DNA of 64,000 nucleotides from the human T2T-CHM13v2.0 reference genome, Homo sapiens, in assembly GCF_009914755.1 (NCBI RefSeq), contig NC_060928.1. One strand, 5' to 3'. The notes under the pieces were generated by a model, which worked only from the letters and a program-made list of their open reading frames with translations, was not told the origin of the DNA and ran no database searches. Positions 1 to 14,569 of the stretch are shown here, one piece after another (position 1 is the first letter of the stretch; the number at the start of each line of letters is the position of its first letter). A program made the position numbers and the translations under genes.

Positions 1-218
1 GACTTGATTTTATTTATTGTCATTTTAATATAAAGAGGCAAAGATTAATATTTAAAGACTGGCAATATTCTATCTCTTTCAAATTCATAGTATAGTAATG
101 TAGAATCTAGAGACTATAATCCATAAACACCTGACTTTGAAAACTAAAATCAGACTTTGTTGGAGAATATAGAAGGTGAAGGTGATAATTTCCAGCTAGA
201 TGTGTAAAGAAAGTATCA

Positions 219-551
<333 letters not shown>

Positions 552-1469
552 TTACATGCATATTTTAGTTTTTCAGGGGGCCAGAAGCAGTCTATAAGAC
601 TAGTGATATTTTTAACTGTAATCGTTTCTCTTCTAGTGTACCAAATGAGACATTATGGCACCAATGTAGACGGAAAACTGCAGTCATCATAGTTTTTGTT
701 TGTTTAACAAGAGCAGAAATACACATTTTTAAAATGACAACATAATTTGTTTTCTTTCCTTGTATGTATGTATGTATTTATTTTTGGTACACATGTAGTC
801 ATATTTGAATAAGTTGAAATAATATAATTTTACGGCAAAATAGATACACTTTTCTTAAATTCATTTTTAATGTTTTTTAAAGTTTTTAAGGAAAATTGTT
901 TGTTAATTTTTTAAGCTATACTACATAATTGTTTATTTGCATCACAATGGAGTTTCAAGTGTTCAGGTGATTAAATGCATTGTCCTTTGAGGAACAGAAA
1001 ACCTGAAACACAGCTGTGCCACTTCCTTAGACTCCTAACCATACAGTGAGGGGGGAAAAAAATGAAACAAACAAGAGAAGCCTACCTTCATAAAATCATC
1101 AAAGCCAACTGAAGACAAATAAATTCAGAAAGAAAAGAAAAGGAAACATCTTCCGCATTTGGATAGGGTTAGGTTTGGAAAGCTTGCTATGAAATAAATG
1201 TTGATTCTCATTGGATACTTTTTTCCATTAGGCTGGGTGGCTTCAGGCTTAGTTGTAGGCTCCACTTTATGTTTTTTTGTTTTAAATCTCCTTAAATTCC
1301 AGTAGACAGATTTATGTTAAATATAAACCTATATTTTTACATTTTCTATATATATATTTCAGTATGTATTTATTGAGAACTATTTTAAGCCAGGGAATTG
1401 GGCTTGAAAATAACATTAAAAACTAATATTAAAGAAACACTTAATATTTGTCAAGCTTATATTTTACTG

Positions 1470-1640
1470 GCATTAATTCATACCCTTATTGTGAAAACCT
1501 TTAGAGGTAAATGCCATTGTAACCCCATTTTAAAGATAATAAAACTGATTATCAGATCATTTATAAATTATTTGTTCATCAACACAGTAAAACCTTGGCA
1601 GGAACAAGTTTCAAACCCATGCATGCTATTTTAGAACTTT
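1470..1640. mobile_element. MIR fragment
   Basis: Degenerate MIR core-like text (cccattttaaagataataaaactga). Confidence 0.5.
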
Positions 1641-1685
1641 GCTCTTACCTAGAGAACAAGACACAGTTGTCAAAAGATGGCTCTA

Positions 1686-2015
<330 letters not shown>

Positions 2016-2029
2016 TCAGCTTTGGTAGA

Positions 2030-2740
2030 GAAAATGTCTGCTTGGGTAATAATTACGTAGAATAAAACAGTAGGATTTTGTCAGGAAAGAAACTTGAATA
2101 TTCCAGACAGATAAAGCACCAAGGCACCAACAATGTGCAAAGGCCACAGGAAATTAACCGGGCTTGAAAAGGGAAGGTAGGGAATTGTATGGGAAGAGTA
2201 GTGTGGCTGACGTTGAGAGGATGTGTGCATGAGAAAGCCAGGACTCGATCATTTGTGTGAGAATGTCGTTGTGACCATCTGGGCCATGTCTTTCTCCTAC
2301 ATTAAACTTGAAGTGCCATGAAGGCAGAGAATATTTCTATATTATTTACATTTTTTTCTCAACATCAATTTCATTGCCTTTTGTGTTGAATGAATGAATG
2401 AATGAATGATTTAATTATGGCTTGATGGGTGGGTTGGAGTTAGATTCTGTAGGGCCATTAAGGTTCTTTGGATGTTTATGGAGGAAAGTGACAGACGGCA
2501 CATTTTGCGTTTCTCAGAACAACTCTGGGATTCATTTAGAAGACAACTTTAGAACTAGCCTTCCGTGGAGATAAATGATAATTTATAAATAAGGTATAAG
2601 TTTCTAAAGCACTCTGTTACTGATTTATTATGTTATTCTGAGGAAACAATGCGTACTTTCTATTTTCTTCTCTGTAAGATGGGAAGATGAGACCATCAGC
2701 CATCCTGCCCAGAAAGTGTGTATAATGTTTTAGAGCCTGA
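2030..2740. mobile_element. L2 and MIR fragments with (TGAA)n
   Basis: L2 3'-like text (tgtgcaaaggcc, ccatgaaggcagaga, tgttgaatgaatgaatg at about 2385-2410) followed by MIR-like ctgtaagatgggaa. Confidence 0.55.
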
Positions 2741-5342
2741 GAGCCTGGGTAGTACTGCACTGACATCTATGCAACGGGCAAAATGTGCATTGCAGGGCTG
2801 GAGCGTAGAAAGTATGGGGAGTTGGAGTAGAGGTTGTTTCTAATAAAAACCATAAAAATAACTTCAGAGGTGTTATACCTGGCTTATTTCCACGACCTAA
2901 ATAAAAAGCTTGAGATAAGGGGAGAGGATGAGTTTTGTACTTTGGATACATTTTAGAAAAGAATTTCCTTGAGGGAAATATCACTAACTAAAAATCTTTG
3001 AAAATAGAATTTGTAGTCCGGGCTGTAGGCCTCTTTATTCTAGCAGTTCACTGATATATTGCTTGATAACCCTAGTTTGTCCTACTAGCATACTTACCCT
3101 GTCACAGCTCACAATTATTTCAATACACAGTAGTGGTTATTAAATAGCTAGGGAAACTAGGGCCCTCGGAAGACAATAAAGGAGTTAACATTAAGAGAAT
3201 TCAGAATGGTTTCAACGGTGTGAGTTATAATATCATAATGTTTACGATTCAAAACACAAATTGTTTTCCAATAAGTAAATCTTTCCTAAGTGAATTTAAA
3301 ATAGTTAATTCCTGAATATATAAGAAAAAATAAATGAGTAAAATTGATAATAATATTAATTCTAAAAAAGTACAATGTGGTTTATAAAATACCTACCATT
3401 ACTTTATCTTCACAGACAGCCTGTAAGAGGGCAGGTTCTATATTTATTTTCTCATTGTATAAAAGATTATACTGATTAATTATTCAGCGTTTCACCCTAA
3501 GTTACAAAGACACAATAAATTTCAGAACTAAATACAAAATTTACAATGTCTCTCAAAGAACCAAAATATCATTTCTGTCTGTTTAACTCTAGTTTCTACT
3601 TATCAATACATTTTTGTAAAATATTGGTATTCTTCCTGAGTTGTGATACATATTTAGAATGTGAAGCCTTTGGCATTGCTCACAGAACCAGCAGCTGGAC
3701 TTCCTCTGGCCTGATACATCTCAGCAGCTGCTTTCAGAACTATTGAAGCCAGACTCCTTTTCCTCTCTACTTCTACTTTTCTTTGCAACTGTTTATGGGA
3801 TGTTATCTTTTCTGCAAAAGCTGCAATGCATCTTTCCATAAATAATGCATTTATGGTAAGGCTTCAACTTGACTTTTCCTTAATCTTCTTGTTTAGTCTC
3901 TTCTCCTTCCCCAGTGACACCTAGTGGTATTGTATTTACTTCTGTTTTGTTTTCCAAGGAGATATTTTTAACATGGAGATAAAATTAACAGAGATCATTA
4001 TTACTTCCTGGTATCCATTCATTTCTGAATAGTGTATTTAGCATACCATAAGTTTCTTAGGTAAAGTAAAGTAAACAAAATAATTTTTTGCTCGTATTTT
4101 TCCTTTTGTAATCTTGTAACAGAAAAGGGCCGAGTCCATATTTTCTCTGAAATCTTTTACCATATATTTGTAACATAGCAGCAAATAATTGTTTAAAGAT
4201 TGATGCACACATAAATGAGAAGTGTCGTGATGTGGTTGACGAGTTGCTGTGAGAGTTCAGAGGACTGGAGGATAATTTGAGCCTGGGGTGGGCAAGGACG
4301 GCATGGAAGAAGTAGCATTTCAGATCAATGTTGAATAAAATTATGATGTGCTGTAATCTAGAGCATAGTGGGGTGGATAATAAGTTAGAATCTAAAAGAG
4401 TAATATTCTGTTGGTTCCCAAGAGCTGAGGAATCTCTGATAGAGTGATGATGCATTAAATTTATAATAAATATTTGCTGATTAAATGAACCTACTCATAT
4501 GGTTTAATTTAGTTTTCTTTTGATGGAGTAAAAAATGTAATTTTGTCTTGGAAACAATGGTTCAGATAAGACCACTGCTACTGAATGATGGGAATGAAGA
4601 TATGGAAAAGTCATCTTTTAAAACAAAAGATTATAATAGGCAATGTATAATAAATAGGATAAATTATCTACAAAAATTCTCCTTCAGGAATGACTTGTAA
4701 TAAATAAATGTTGGTTATCATTTACTGTTTGTTGGCTACTGTGCCAAGCCCTTCCCATGCATTTTCTTTATGTTTTTAAGGTTCACAACAAACATATGTA
4801 GTACCAACAGACACACTAATTTACAAATAAAAAGGCAGGTGGAGTGTGTCGTAATACATAAATATATACATTTGATCCATGTCAGAAATGTACTCAACCT
4901 TTACTTTCAATCCTAGGAATAATACACTTAAAAGAAAATTGTTCCTGGAATATAACCAATGCAACAATAATAAGAGCCTTTTTATTATTTTCAGTTTGTT
5001 TCTGTTGACTGGACAAGAAGCAATGAAGCCTGTGCAATAGAGAAAAAAATGGAGATTGGCATATAAACACATATCAGCATTTATCAAGGCCGGTGGAGAA
5101 GAGATATCTTCTGATCTATAAAGCCTAGCCCTGTATTTGTGAATGTAAAGATTCCTGTCTTATCTAAGAGCAATACTACCAAAATGCACAGATGACAGAA
5201 AAATCATTTGAAATATCCTATTTCTTTAGTTTATGGTTCATTACCAAAACACACTGCTTGATAGCTTGACCACCTTTGTGAGCTTATTTTTAAATTCTAC
5301 TCATAAATACTGTCAGTTATATTCTTAGATCATATATTAAAG

Positions 5343-5501
5343 TTTTTTTTTGTTTTTTTAGATGGAGTGTCACTTTGTCCCCCAGGCTGGAGTGCAGTGG
5401 GGCGATCTTGGTCCACTGCAACCTCTGCTCCGGGGATCAAGTGATTCTCCTGCTTCAGCCTCCCGAGTAGCTGGGATTACAGGCAACCGCCACTTCTAGC
5501 T
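5343..5501 (-). mobile_element. Truncated Alu (right monomer only)
   Basis: Poly-T then gatggagt...caggctggagtgcagtgg...gggattacaggc, ending before the middle A-rich linker. Confidence 0.93.
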
Positions 5502-5964
5502 GCATATTTTTTCCACCTATAATTTTTTTGAGACCTTAATTATTTCGGTCTACAATCTGCGTCTAGCAGGACTACACAGACAGCAGTTCTAAAACTTCTT
5601 TTAGCTACTTGAGATATTAAATATTTCACATATATTAACAGTTTTATATCCCAGCAATGGATTCCAAAGTTGTGGCATTGCTACCACTTAGTACTTTTGA
5701 TTTTAAGTAAAATTACAGTAGAAAATTTCTGGAAGTATTCTTAGTTGAGTGTTAACTGCAGGTATCATGATGTATTTTTTAACCTAACTTGAGTCGTTCA
5801 GTTGAATATCTTTTATCTTATTTTAAAATTTTTTCATTAATCATTTTCACATATTTTTATAATTCTTATTAGATGTATTGAAACAAATAATTATTAAGAA
5901 GAACTATTGTTTTACTCATTGATGTATCCTTCAAAGATATGTAATATGCCAATGTAATGGACTC

Positions 5965-6490
5965 TGTATTGGTTATCTATTGCTACAATAATGTGTAATC
6001 AACAACCTCACATCTCAATGCTTAAGTCAATAAGCTCTTTTAAATTCACATGCGTATGGGTTGGCTAGGGGATAATCTGGTCTCAGTGACCTGTGATGCT
6101 CATGTGTACATCTGTGATTAGTAGTAGGCAGGTAGGTGGCTTCGTTTAGCTGGTTTCTCACAGGTCTGGCCTCAACTAACATGACTCAGCTCTCCTCCAC
6201 TTGTTCTCTCATTCTCCAGCAAGCTAGCTTGGGTATGTTCTGAAAGTCTAGTCAGAGAAATAAGGAAGAGAAGGACATAAGCATTCAAGGGTTCTTGAAC
6301 TCTGATTTGGAAATAAAATACTGTCACTTCTTTCATATTCTATTTTCTAAAAGCAAGTCACAAAGCCATTCCAAATTCAAGATTCAGGAAATAAGATCCT
6401 ACACTTTCAAAGGACCTACAATGTCATGTTGTCAAGGGCATGAACACAGAAAAGAAGGGTATGGGATCTGGGACATTTTTATAATCAATC
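5965..6490. mobile_element. Old MaLR LTR (MLT1-type)
   Basis: tgtattggttatctattgct start and aaagcaagtcacaaagcca motif typical of MLT1. Confidence 0.6.
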
Positions 6491-6959
6491 AATTTTTCTT
6501 TTGTTAGTTTTACTTGTTTTAAATGTATACTCTTTGAAAAGGAAAAAAATTAACTTCTCTCTGACAGTTTTCATGGTCGTATGTCTGTGCATATATTTTG
6601 TTAATTTCTACCCTATTTTAAAATTATTTGCATTCTGCCATTTTTGAGGCATTATTTTAATAATAGTTTACAAGTGTCCAGTTACATGCTTAGGTCCTAA
6701 ATTTTCAGTTACTTTTTCTCCTTATATAGAAGCAAATATTTAAATTCCTTATACAATAACAATTTATTTTTATCTTGCAAGTTTTGATTATTTGAAGACT
6801 AATCATTTAAAATTATTTAATTATAAATATTAATTCTAACCACACATTCTTTTTATTTATATATATAATCAACGTGTTTTAAATAAAAAAAAACCTTTAT
6901 AAAAATGTTAATTTTAGATACTTTTTTAACATAATAACACTGTGTTCAGAGAATGTAGA

Positions 6960-8230
6960 TTGACTTACGACATGGAAGACCTTTGCAGTCATAACGTGGA
7001 ACAAAGGAAAACAGGCATAAAAGGAATACAGACATATGATTTCGTTCACATAAAGTTCAAAAACAATAAAACTGTTATTTATCCTTGAGAACTGTGTAGC
7101 AATAAGATGGGGGCATGAAGTGGTTTCCAGAACACTGGTAATATATATTTTTCTTGATCTAGGAGTTAGTTACATGGCTTTTGGTGAAGCAGGATATTTC
7201 CCTGACCCCTTTGTGGGATTCGTGACCAGAGTGTGTTTACTCAGCCCGTCACTCTCAACTCCTCACGGGAGGGAGTGCATAAGCAAGTAAGATGGGAACT
7301 GGAGTGCACGAGCATTGGAACTGAACAGCTGCTTCAGCACTGGCAGGAGCAAACTTCCCGCAGCAGCATCCAGGTAGGGGTGCCTGGGACACCGAAGCCC
7401 CAGAGGGCATGTTACAGTGCTCTTTTAGCTCTGCTATCCACAGATGGCTTAAGTGTTAGCAGCTCAGTGGGCCCTTTGCCTCATTGTGTGGGGCAGCTGC
7501 CCTCCACCAGCGAGGGCAAAGGGCCAGCGTGACAGCCTTTGTATGTACACTCGTGGCTCTCGAGCTCTTGTCTGGCATCCAGAAAAAATAAGGTCACATG
7601 AGCAAATTGAAGGACGGTAAATGTAGGGCATTTTATTGCTGATGAAAGTGGATGTCAGTGGGAAGGGAAGCTGAACAGGGGATGGGACAAAAGGTAATCT
7701 TCCCCTGAAGTCCAGCCATATCTGGCCAGATTATTTTCCAAAGTTATGCTATCAGTCTGTCCCTCTGAAGTCACACCGCTTCTCCCTGACATACAGCTGT
7801 GGCCCATCAACTAGCTGAGTGTGAGGTTTTTATAGGCACAGGATGGGGTGGGGTGGGGCCATGTGTGGTTTAGGAAAAGGACATTTGAGAGGGAAAATTG
7901 GGATATAAGTTCTCACTTTGGGCTGTGGTTTCAGGCTTTTTGGCTTGTGGGAGGGGTTTTTACCTGGGACCCACACTTTTCTGACTAGAATTTCTCTGCC
8001 TCCTGTTCCTATCATTGGTAGTTTGTGAATAAGCATAAAGCTGTATTCTTGCGATGTGTGAATATTCCTATATGTTTTCGTATATCATTAAGAAGCTGGA
8101 AAATCTTAATGAACCTGCTTAACAGCAGATTACATAGAGCTAAAAAGAGAATTAGTAGAATAAAATATAAATTAAGGTAATTACAAGCTCATATGACAGA
8201 CATCCAAAGAGAGAAATTTATAAATGGGAA
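6960..8230 (+). mobile_element. Old L1M fragments split by an LTR insertion
   Basis: L1ME-type 3' end text (gatttcgttcacataaagttcaaaaac; cttgatctaggagttagttacatgg) resumes after 8018. Confidence 0.6.
7185..8014 (-). mobile_element. Solo ERV1 LTR (LTR27/LTR28/LTR1 group)
   Basis: Reverse complement starts TGATAGGAACAGGAGGCAGAGAAATTCTAG; TG...CA ends; 4-bp TSD ttgg at 7181-7184 and 8015-8018. Confidence 0.88.
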
Positions 8231-8231
8231 G

Positions 8232-8744
8232 TGCCACGAGCAGCTCGGTTGGGGAGACCCTAACACAGCGGCGCTAGAGGAATTAAAGACACACACACAG
8301 AAATATAGAGGTGTGAAGTGGGAGATCAGGGGTCTCACAGCCTTCAGAGCTGACAGCCCTGAACAGAGATTTACCCACATATTTATTAACAGCAATCCAG
8401 TCATTAGCATTGTTTCTATAGATATTAAATTATCTAAAAGTATCCCTTATGGGAAACGAAGGGATGGGCCAAATTAAAGGCATAGGTTGGGCTAGTTAAC
8501 TGCAGCAGAAACATGTGCTTAAGGCACAGATAGCTCATGCTATTGTTTGTGGCTTAAGAATGCCTTTAAGCGGTTTTCCACCCTGGGCGGGCCAGGTGTT
8601 CCTTGCCCTCATTCCCATAAACCCACAAACTTCCAGTGTGGGTGTTAGGGCCATTATGAACATGTTACAGTGCTGCAGAGATTTTGTTTATGGCCAATTT
8701 TGGGGCCAGTTTATGTCCAGATTTTGGGGGGCTTGTTCCCGACA
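8232..8744 (-). mobile_element. Solo MER9 LTR (HERV-K HML-3)
   Basis: Reverse complement starts TGTCGGGAACAAGCCCCCCAAAATCTGG; length 513 bp; TSD ggaag at 8227-8231 and 8745-8749. Confidence 0.92.
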
Positions 8745-9436
8745 GGAAGTTATGAGACATGAAGAGAGTGAGATTTCAACTACTACACATACATACCCCT
8801 TTCCAGTGTGACATCGTCACAAAGGCTACCTCATTGCTTGCATCTGGTATAGCTCTGGAACATGCTTTGACCAATAGAATGTGGCAAAAATGGCAGCCTA
8901 ACCTTTGGAAAGCTTTGCAACTTTCAAGTAATTGTGCAGCTCCTAAGCAGCTAAGTTGGTTTACTACACTTGGAAAAATTTAGTCAGTAAGGAGACAGCC
9001 AGACCAAATGGATTTAGACAGTTAATTATTTCTGGTATAGCAGGCAGCTTGAACTTCATGCTCTCATTGAAATCCCAGGGGGATAATGCAGAATGGGCCC
9101 AGGTGAGTATTCAGCACACAGCTAATCTGTCTTCAGCTTTGGAGCTCCGAGGTTAAGAAACCCCTGTTTTTTTTTTTGTTTTTTGTTTTTGTTTTTTTTT
9201 TATAGCTACTAAGAACAATAACAAAACTTGCCACATTTTGGTCTAAATGAGACATTGGATTTATTACTCTGGAATGTAAAAAGTTCTTCCAGGAATAGGA
9301 GATTTTACTATCTTTCACCATCTTATGCAAAAATTCTTAAATTGATCATAAACGCCTAGCCATGTAGAAATGTCAGAGATGCATGGAATATTGTCTTTCA
9401 ACAAATTCTGTTCTGGTTTCTCAAAATGGGTCTATA

Positions 9437-9762
<326 letters not shown>

Positions 9763-10708
9763 CTATAATTTAGAAGACGAAAGGACATGCGGAAATATCA
9801 GAGACATTCCAACTGAAGACCTTATAAACAAGTAGAAGAAACACTAATTTGAGTCCAGCCAAAATTGCTGATTTACAGATTGTGACCAAACAAAAAACTA
9901 AATTTTGAGATGATTTGTTATAGAACATTAGATACTGAAACAAACATGTTGAGGTAAGAATCATAATACAAATGTCAAAGCACAGCTGGCTACTTTTAAG
10001 AACAGTCATGGGTTGTTTGGTACAAAATGATTTTTCTTCCAGGACTACTTTGGTAAAGACATATTTCTAAAGCTATTTGGAAAAAAAAGTCTGTTCCTGT
10101 AAACAAAACATTTTACATCCTGATTGATCAGTAGTTCTTTATGATTAGTATTAACTTATATCTACAGAAACCCACTTTTATAGGTTTCTATTTTTTCAAT
10201 TTTCTTTCATTAATATTTTGAGTCAGTGACAAATGGCATTAGAATACACCTACTAAGCCTATGCAAATATTTGTGAACAGCACTTGCATTCAGTTGATAT
10301 GGACCTGGCAAGTCCACCTTTGAGTTTTCCTTTTGTTTTGAGGTAGAATGAAGTGGAGCATTGAATCTTTTCACTACAGTGTTTATTCTTTTGTTCATTC
10401 CACAACCATGCATTGTGATCCTCCCCTACCTTTAAACTTTTATCTTTATTGCATTTCCCCTCTGTCACTTTGCTCCAACTGTGTTGGCCTACTTCCTGTA
10501 CTTCATGATAGAATTCTGTTCCCCTTTCTGGAATGTTCTTCTTTCATATAACTGTATTCTAGTCTTCCTTTTCTCTTTCAGTTATTCATTCAAATACCAT
10601 TGTATTAGGAACTCATTCCTAGAACATGTAGCTGAATTTCTGCAACTTACTACTACAATTTCACTCAAGCTTTTTCCTCATGATTTATCATTATTAATAG
10701 ACTAATTT

Positions 10709-11512
10709 TGAGACAGGAGAGCTCCCTTGACTGCCTCATGGGACTTGCAACAGGGTTTGCTCATGTACTCAACCTCTGTGCTCAAACCCCCTGTGGGAAG
10801 GGGAGTAGGCAGGGTGCAGGAGCTGGGTCAAGCACTTTTGGATGCTGGCAGCAATGAATCCCATACCAGCCCACGGCAGAGTCTAGGGGTTACCTCCAAC
10901 CATTGGAGCCCTAGAGGGCATATGTTACCAATGATGCTCTTTTATAGTTGCCATCCATGGATGACTTAAGTGTTAAACAGCTCAGTGAAGAGTCAGTATG
11001 ACAGTCTTTTTGGGTTCCCACACCCATTGCATCCCAAATTCTTGTTCGATGTCCAAGAAGAATCAGGTCACATGAATGGACTGAAAGGTGGTGTATGTGG
11101 AGGACTTCAGTGAGTGATGGAAGTGGCTCTCAGTGGGATGGGAAGCTGCAAAGGGGGTGGAGTAGGAACATAATCTTCCCCTAGAGTCCAGCCATCCCCG
11201 GCCAGACTCCTCTCCAACCATAGTCTCCAATGTCCAGCTGCCTCTTCCCCTCTCAATGTTCAGATGCTTCTTCTCTTCTCTCCTTCTCTGCCATGCCGCT
11301 CAGCTCTTCTGCTAGTGGAGCTTGGGTTTTTTATGGTTATAGGATGGCGATCTTGTTGGGCAGGACAGGAGGTTTTGGGAAAGGCAACATTTGGACAGGA
11401 AAACAGAAATGCATGTTCTCATTTAGGGCCATGGGTCTAGGGTTGAGGGTGGAGCCCTCACCAGGGACCCTGATCTCTTCTACCCAGTATTCCCTGCTTC
11501 CTGTTTGTATCA
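10709..11512 (-). mobile_element. Solo ERV1 LTR (LTR1/LTR27 group) inserted in an L2
   Basis: Reverse complement starts TGATACAAACAGGAAGCAGGGAATACTGGGTAGAAGAG; TSD attt at 10705-10708 and 11513-11516; L2 3' end (tgttgaattaatgaat) resumes by 11680. Confidence 0.88.
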
Positions 11513-12407
11513 ATTTGTTTATTACATTTGTGTTGATTTTTTCTAATTATCTTCTTTCTTCCTGAAAATAATCTTCAAAAAGGCATGGACTTTTCTTTTG
11601 CTCATTGTAATGTTCCTAGCCCTTAGAGCAGTTATTAATACTGGGGAGGTACTAAAAAAAGTTTGTTGAATTAATGAATAAGCATACAATTAACCCCCTG
11701 CTTCCTATATAAAAGAATCCCCAACAACTTAGTAGCTTCCAAGAAATGTATTCATCACATTAAGGGTTTTGATCCACGTCTTCTCACTTCTGGAGTTACT
11801 AGAGCCTCCACCATCAGGAAAACTGGCTGTCAGCATGGAAATTAAAGGTAATTAAGTAGCCCACACACTGGCTCTTAAACTTACCCACTCAAAAATGATA
11901 AACAGAATGCAGTCATATTACATTGGCCACAGGTAGATTAGCCTGTGCCTACCATGTGTCAAAAGATAAGCTGTGAAAGTAACAGAGATCTCTCTAATAA
12001 AGTAACATTAATAAACCCAGATCTGATTTCTTATTGGAGGCTGAAAACTCAACTATTCTAAAATATGAATTAGATCCCAGATCTATGTGATCTATCAAAA
12101 ATTAATACATTGCTCTACTTCAAATTGTTGTTGCATTGAAAGAGATAGTTCACGTAAAGCACTTAGCAAAGTGTCTGGAAACTAGTTCAAAATTATTATC
12201 CATCATTACTATCATTATCACTACCCTTTAAGATCCCTTTGAATTAAATTATAAGTCTCCCTTAAACAATGAAATATAAAAACATATCTAAAGTGAGTAA
12301 ACCAATATTAAGTAATTTTTTTTCATTCAAATGCCATTCATCAGTGTAGGACCATCTCGTCAGAAGTAATTTTTGAATCATGTTTGGTTGAAGCAGTGGC
12401 TACTCAC

Positions 12408-12507
12408 TGATTGGCATGTAAGTGATGCTCTAAATCAGAGCAATGGTGTAAGAGTACGTAGGTATAAGTTCAAGGAAGTAATTTCTCAAAGACCAAGCAA
12501 CCAAGTG
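12408..12507 (-). pseudogene. Candidate decayed 100-bp exon (FN3 second-half-like)
   Basis: ttttttgtag| ... ATCA|gtgagt; HLVAWSLRNYFLELIPTYSYTIALI*SITYMPI with one internal stop. Confidence 0.3.
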
Positions 12508-14569
12508 CTACAAAAAATATATGGTCAAATTTATATCCAAAATTTATATTCTATATATAACCCACTTACTAACCAACTGTTTGACTGAGTTAGCACTAGG
12601 ACAGTATTGCTCAGTAATAACAGATAATGCCAGAAACAGAGAAGAACAAAGTGTTTTTCTTGATTACTTTGAGGTGAATTACAAATTAAAAACAGCCCAT
12701 GGACATGTACTATAAACTGGAATGCTATGAAAAGCACTTGAAAAGATGCAGATGGTCATTCCAACAATTAGATGACGCCAAGGGTGTTGACTTTTCCAAC
12801 TAATGAAGAAGAAAAATCTGAATTCGAAATCATAGTTTGGAAGTAAGTATTGACAAGGATTCATTTACTTTGGAGAAAGGTGACGATGAACTCACACAAA
12901 AATAAATAGAAGTAAACTGCTCTATAACATCCTGTGTATTCTATATTGTTTTAACCTCAATAATCAAAGTTTAAGATAATTAGGCATGATGATTAAACAC
13001 ATGCTACTGCTACTCATTAATAGAGTAATTACCATAGATTTCCATAGTAAGATAACAGTGTATACCTTAATGCCTGGTTTATTATGCAAGGACATTACAT
13101 TGTTTAACTTGTTGTAAGTGATAATTGATAGAATTTAGCTCTTAGAATTACTGGAAAGCCTACTTAAAGTTGTGCATACAAAGAAGAGTTAAGATTGAAG
13201 AATAAAATCCAGTATGGTTGCCTACAATCATATGGAACCAATTAGTGTTTCACTAACACTTATTATTAAGGAGCTCAGTGCAATTTACATTTCCATTTTT
13301 ATTTAACACATTTAATCTAGGTGTTTAGTTGTTCATGGGTATGAGAATTTATTTTGCTATTCACTGAGATCTCAGTTGTAAGCCTGATATTCCTGACTTT
13401 TCTGAGATTTTTTCCACCTCAAGTTTAAGAAGAAAAAAATTACCATGCCTCAAGGCACTAAATTACTTTTAGTATTACAATTCCTAGTCCTTTGTCTCTC
13501 CTTGATCCTCTGACATTTTTTCATGTCTCCTCTTGTAGTGTACTTAAGCAGAGCTATTTTGATTAAATAACTCTCCAGAGAACGGAGATTATAATACAAT
13601 AGTCTTCCAAACAGGTTATTCTTGAGTACATATTGCTATCATGCAGTGTAGATATAAAATCAGTATTTCATAAATGCATGTTTCTATGAAATCTGCCAAG
13701 TAGATGAATATCTCTTTCATTGTTCCTGACATCATTGAATTATAAATAATAATATGAAGCTCAAATTGTTTATTTGTAATTGAAGATCTCTGAGAAAGTT
13801 TTCAGTTATCAATGATGCAGTCACCTCTAAAAAAGACAGTAACTTTAAAATTACAGTGAACAGTATCTGAAATAATTTCCCTTAAATTGGGCAATTGCTC
13901 AGAATTGCTGTAAATCAATTCTCAATTCCAATAGAGTTAAAACGAGTGGCGAGCCGATTCTTATTCAATTCATTTTTTTAGATTCAATCTGCTTCAGTGT
14001 TTTGGACTTGAGGTGGCATTAGATAGGCACAGTATAGCTAATTAGCACAGTTGCACCCAGGTGAAGTATTACTAATTAGCATGGTTTCACCCAGGCAGAG
14101 AGCCCTTCTCTACTAGTCAGATTCTTTACTCTTCTGAAAAGTTGGTTTGCTCCTCTTTAAAACAGCTCCCAGGAAAAGTACTTGACTGTCTTGATGTCAA
14201 AAGATCACTATCATTAAACAGTTAGAACATTTTAAATATTAAAGTTAAACATAGGACAATTTAATTGAATCTTCAGAACTTGACTTTTTAAGTAAAATAC
14301 AGCCAAAAATAGAATTTTTATGTGTGATTAATTATTAATTTTATCCTACTTTTCATGTAGCTAGCCTTTTAATAAAGACCATTGTATGTTAAATCTTTAG
14401 CACCCAAAAGTCCCATGAGGCCTCATTTCAGCATTAAAGTTTCCATTTCACATAGTTATCTCACTCTGCTCAGAAACGATTAAAAATTCTTCACACATTA
14501 AAAAGGAATCAAAATTGTAAATTAGTGACAAAGTACAAAAAAATAGTTTTGGGGGAACAAATCACAAAA

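Noticed and set aside
3654-3839. 61-aa ATG-initiated minus-strand ORF in unique DNA
   Set aside because: No recognisable domain or splice context; the length is compatible with chance.
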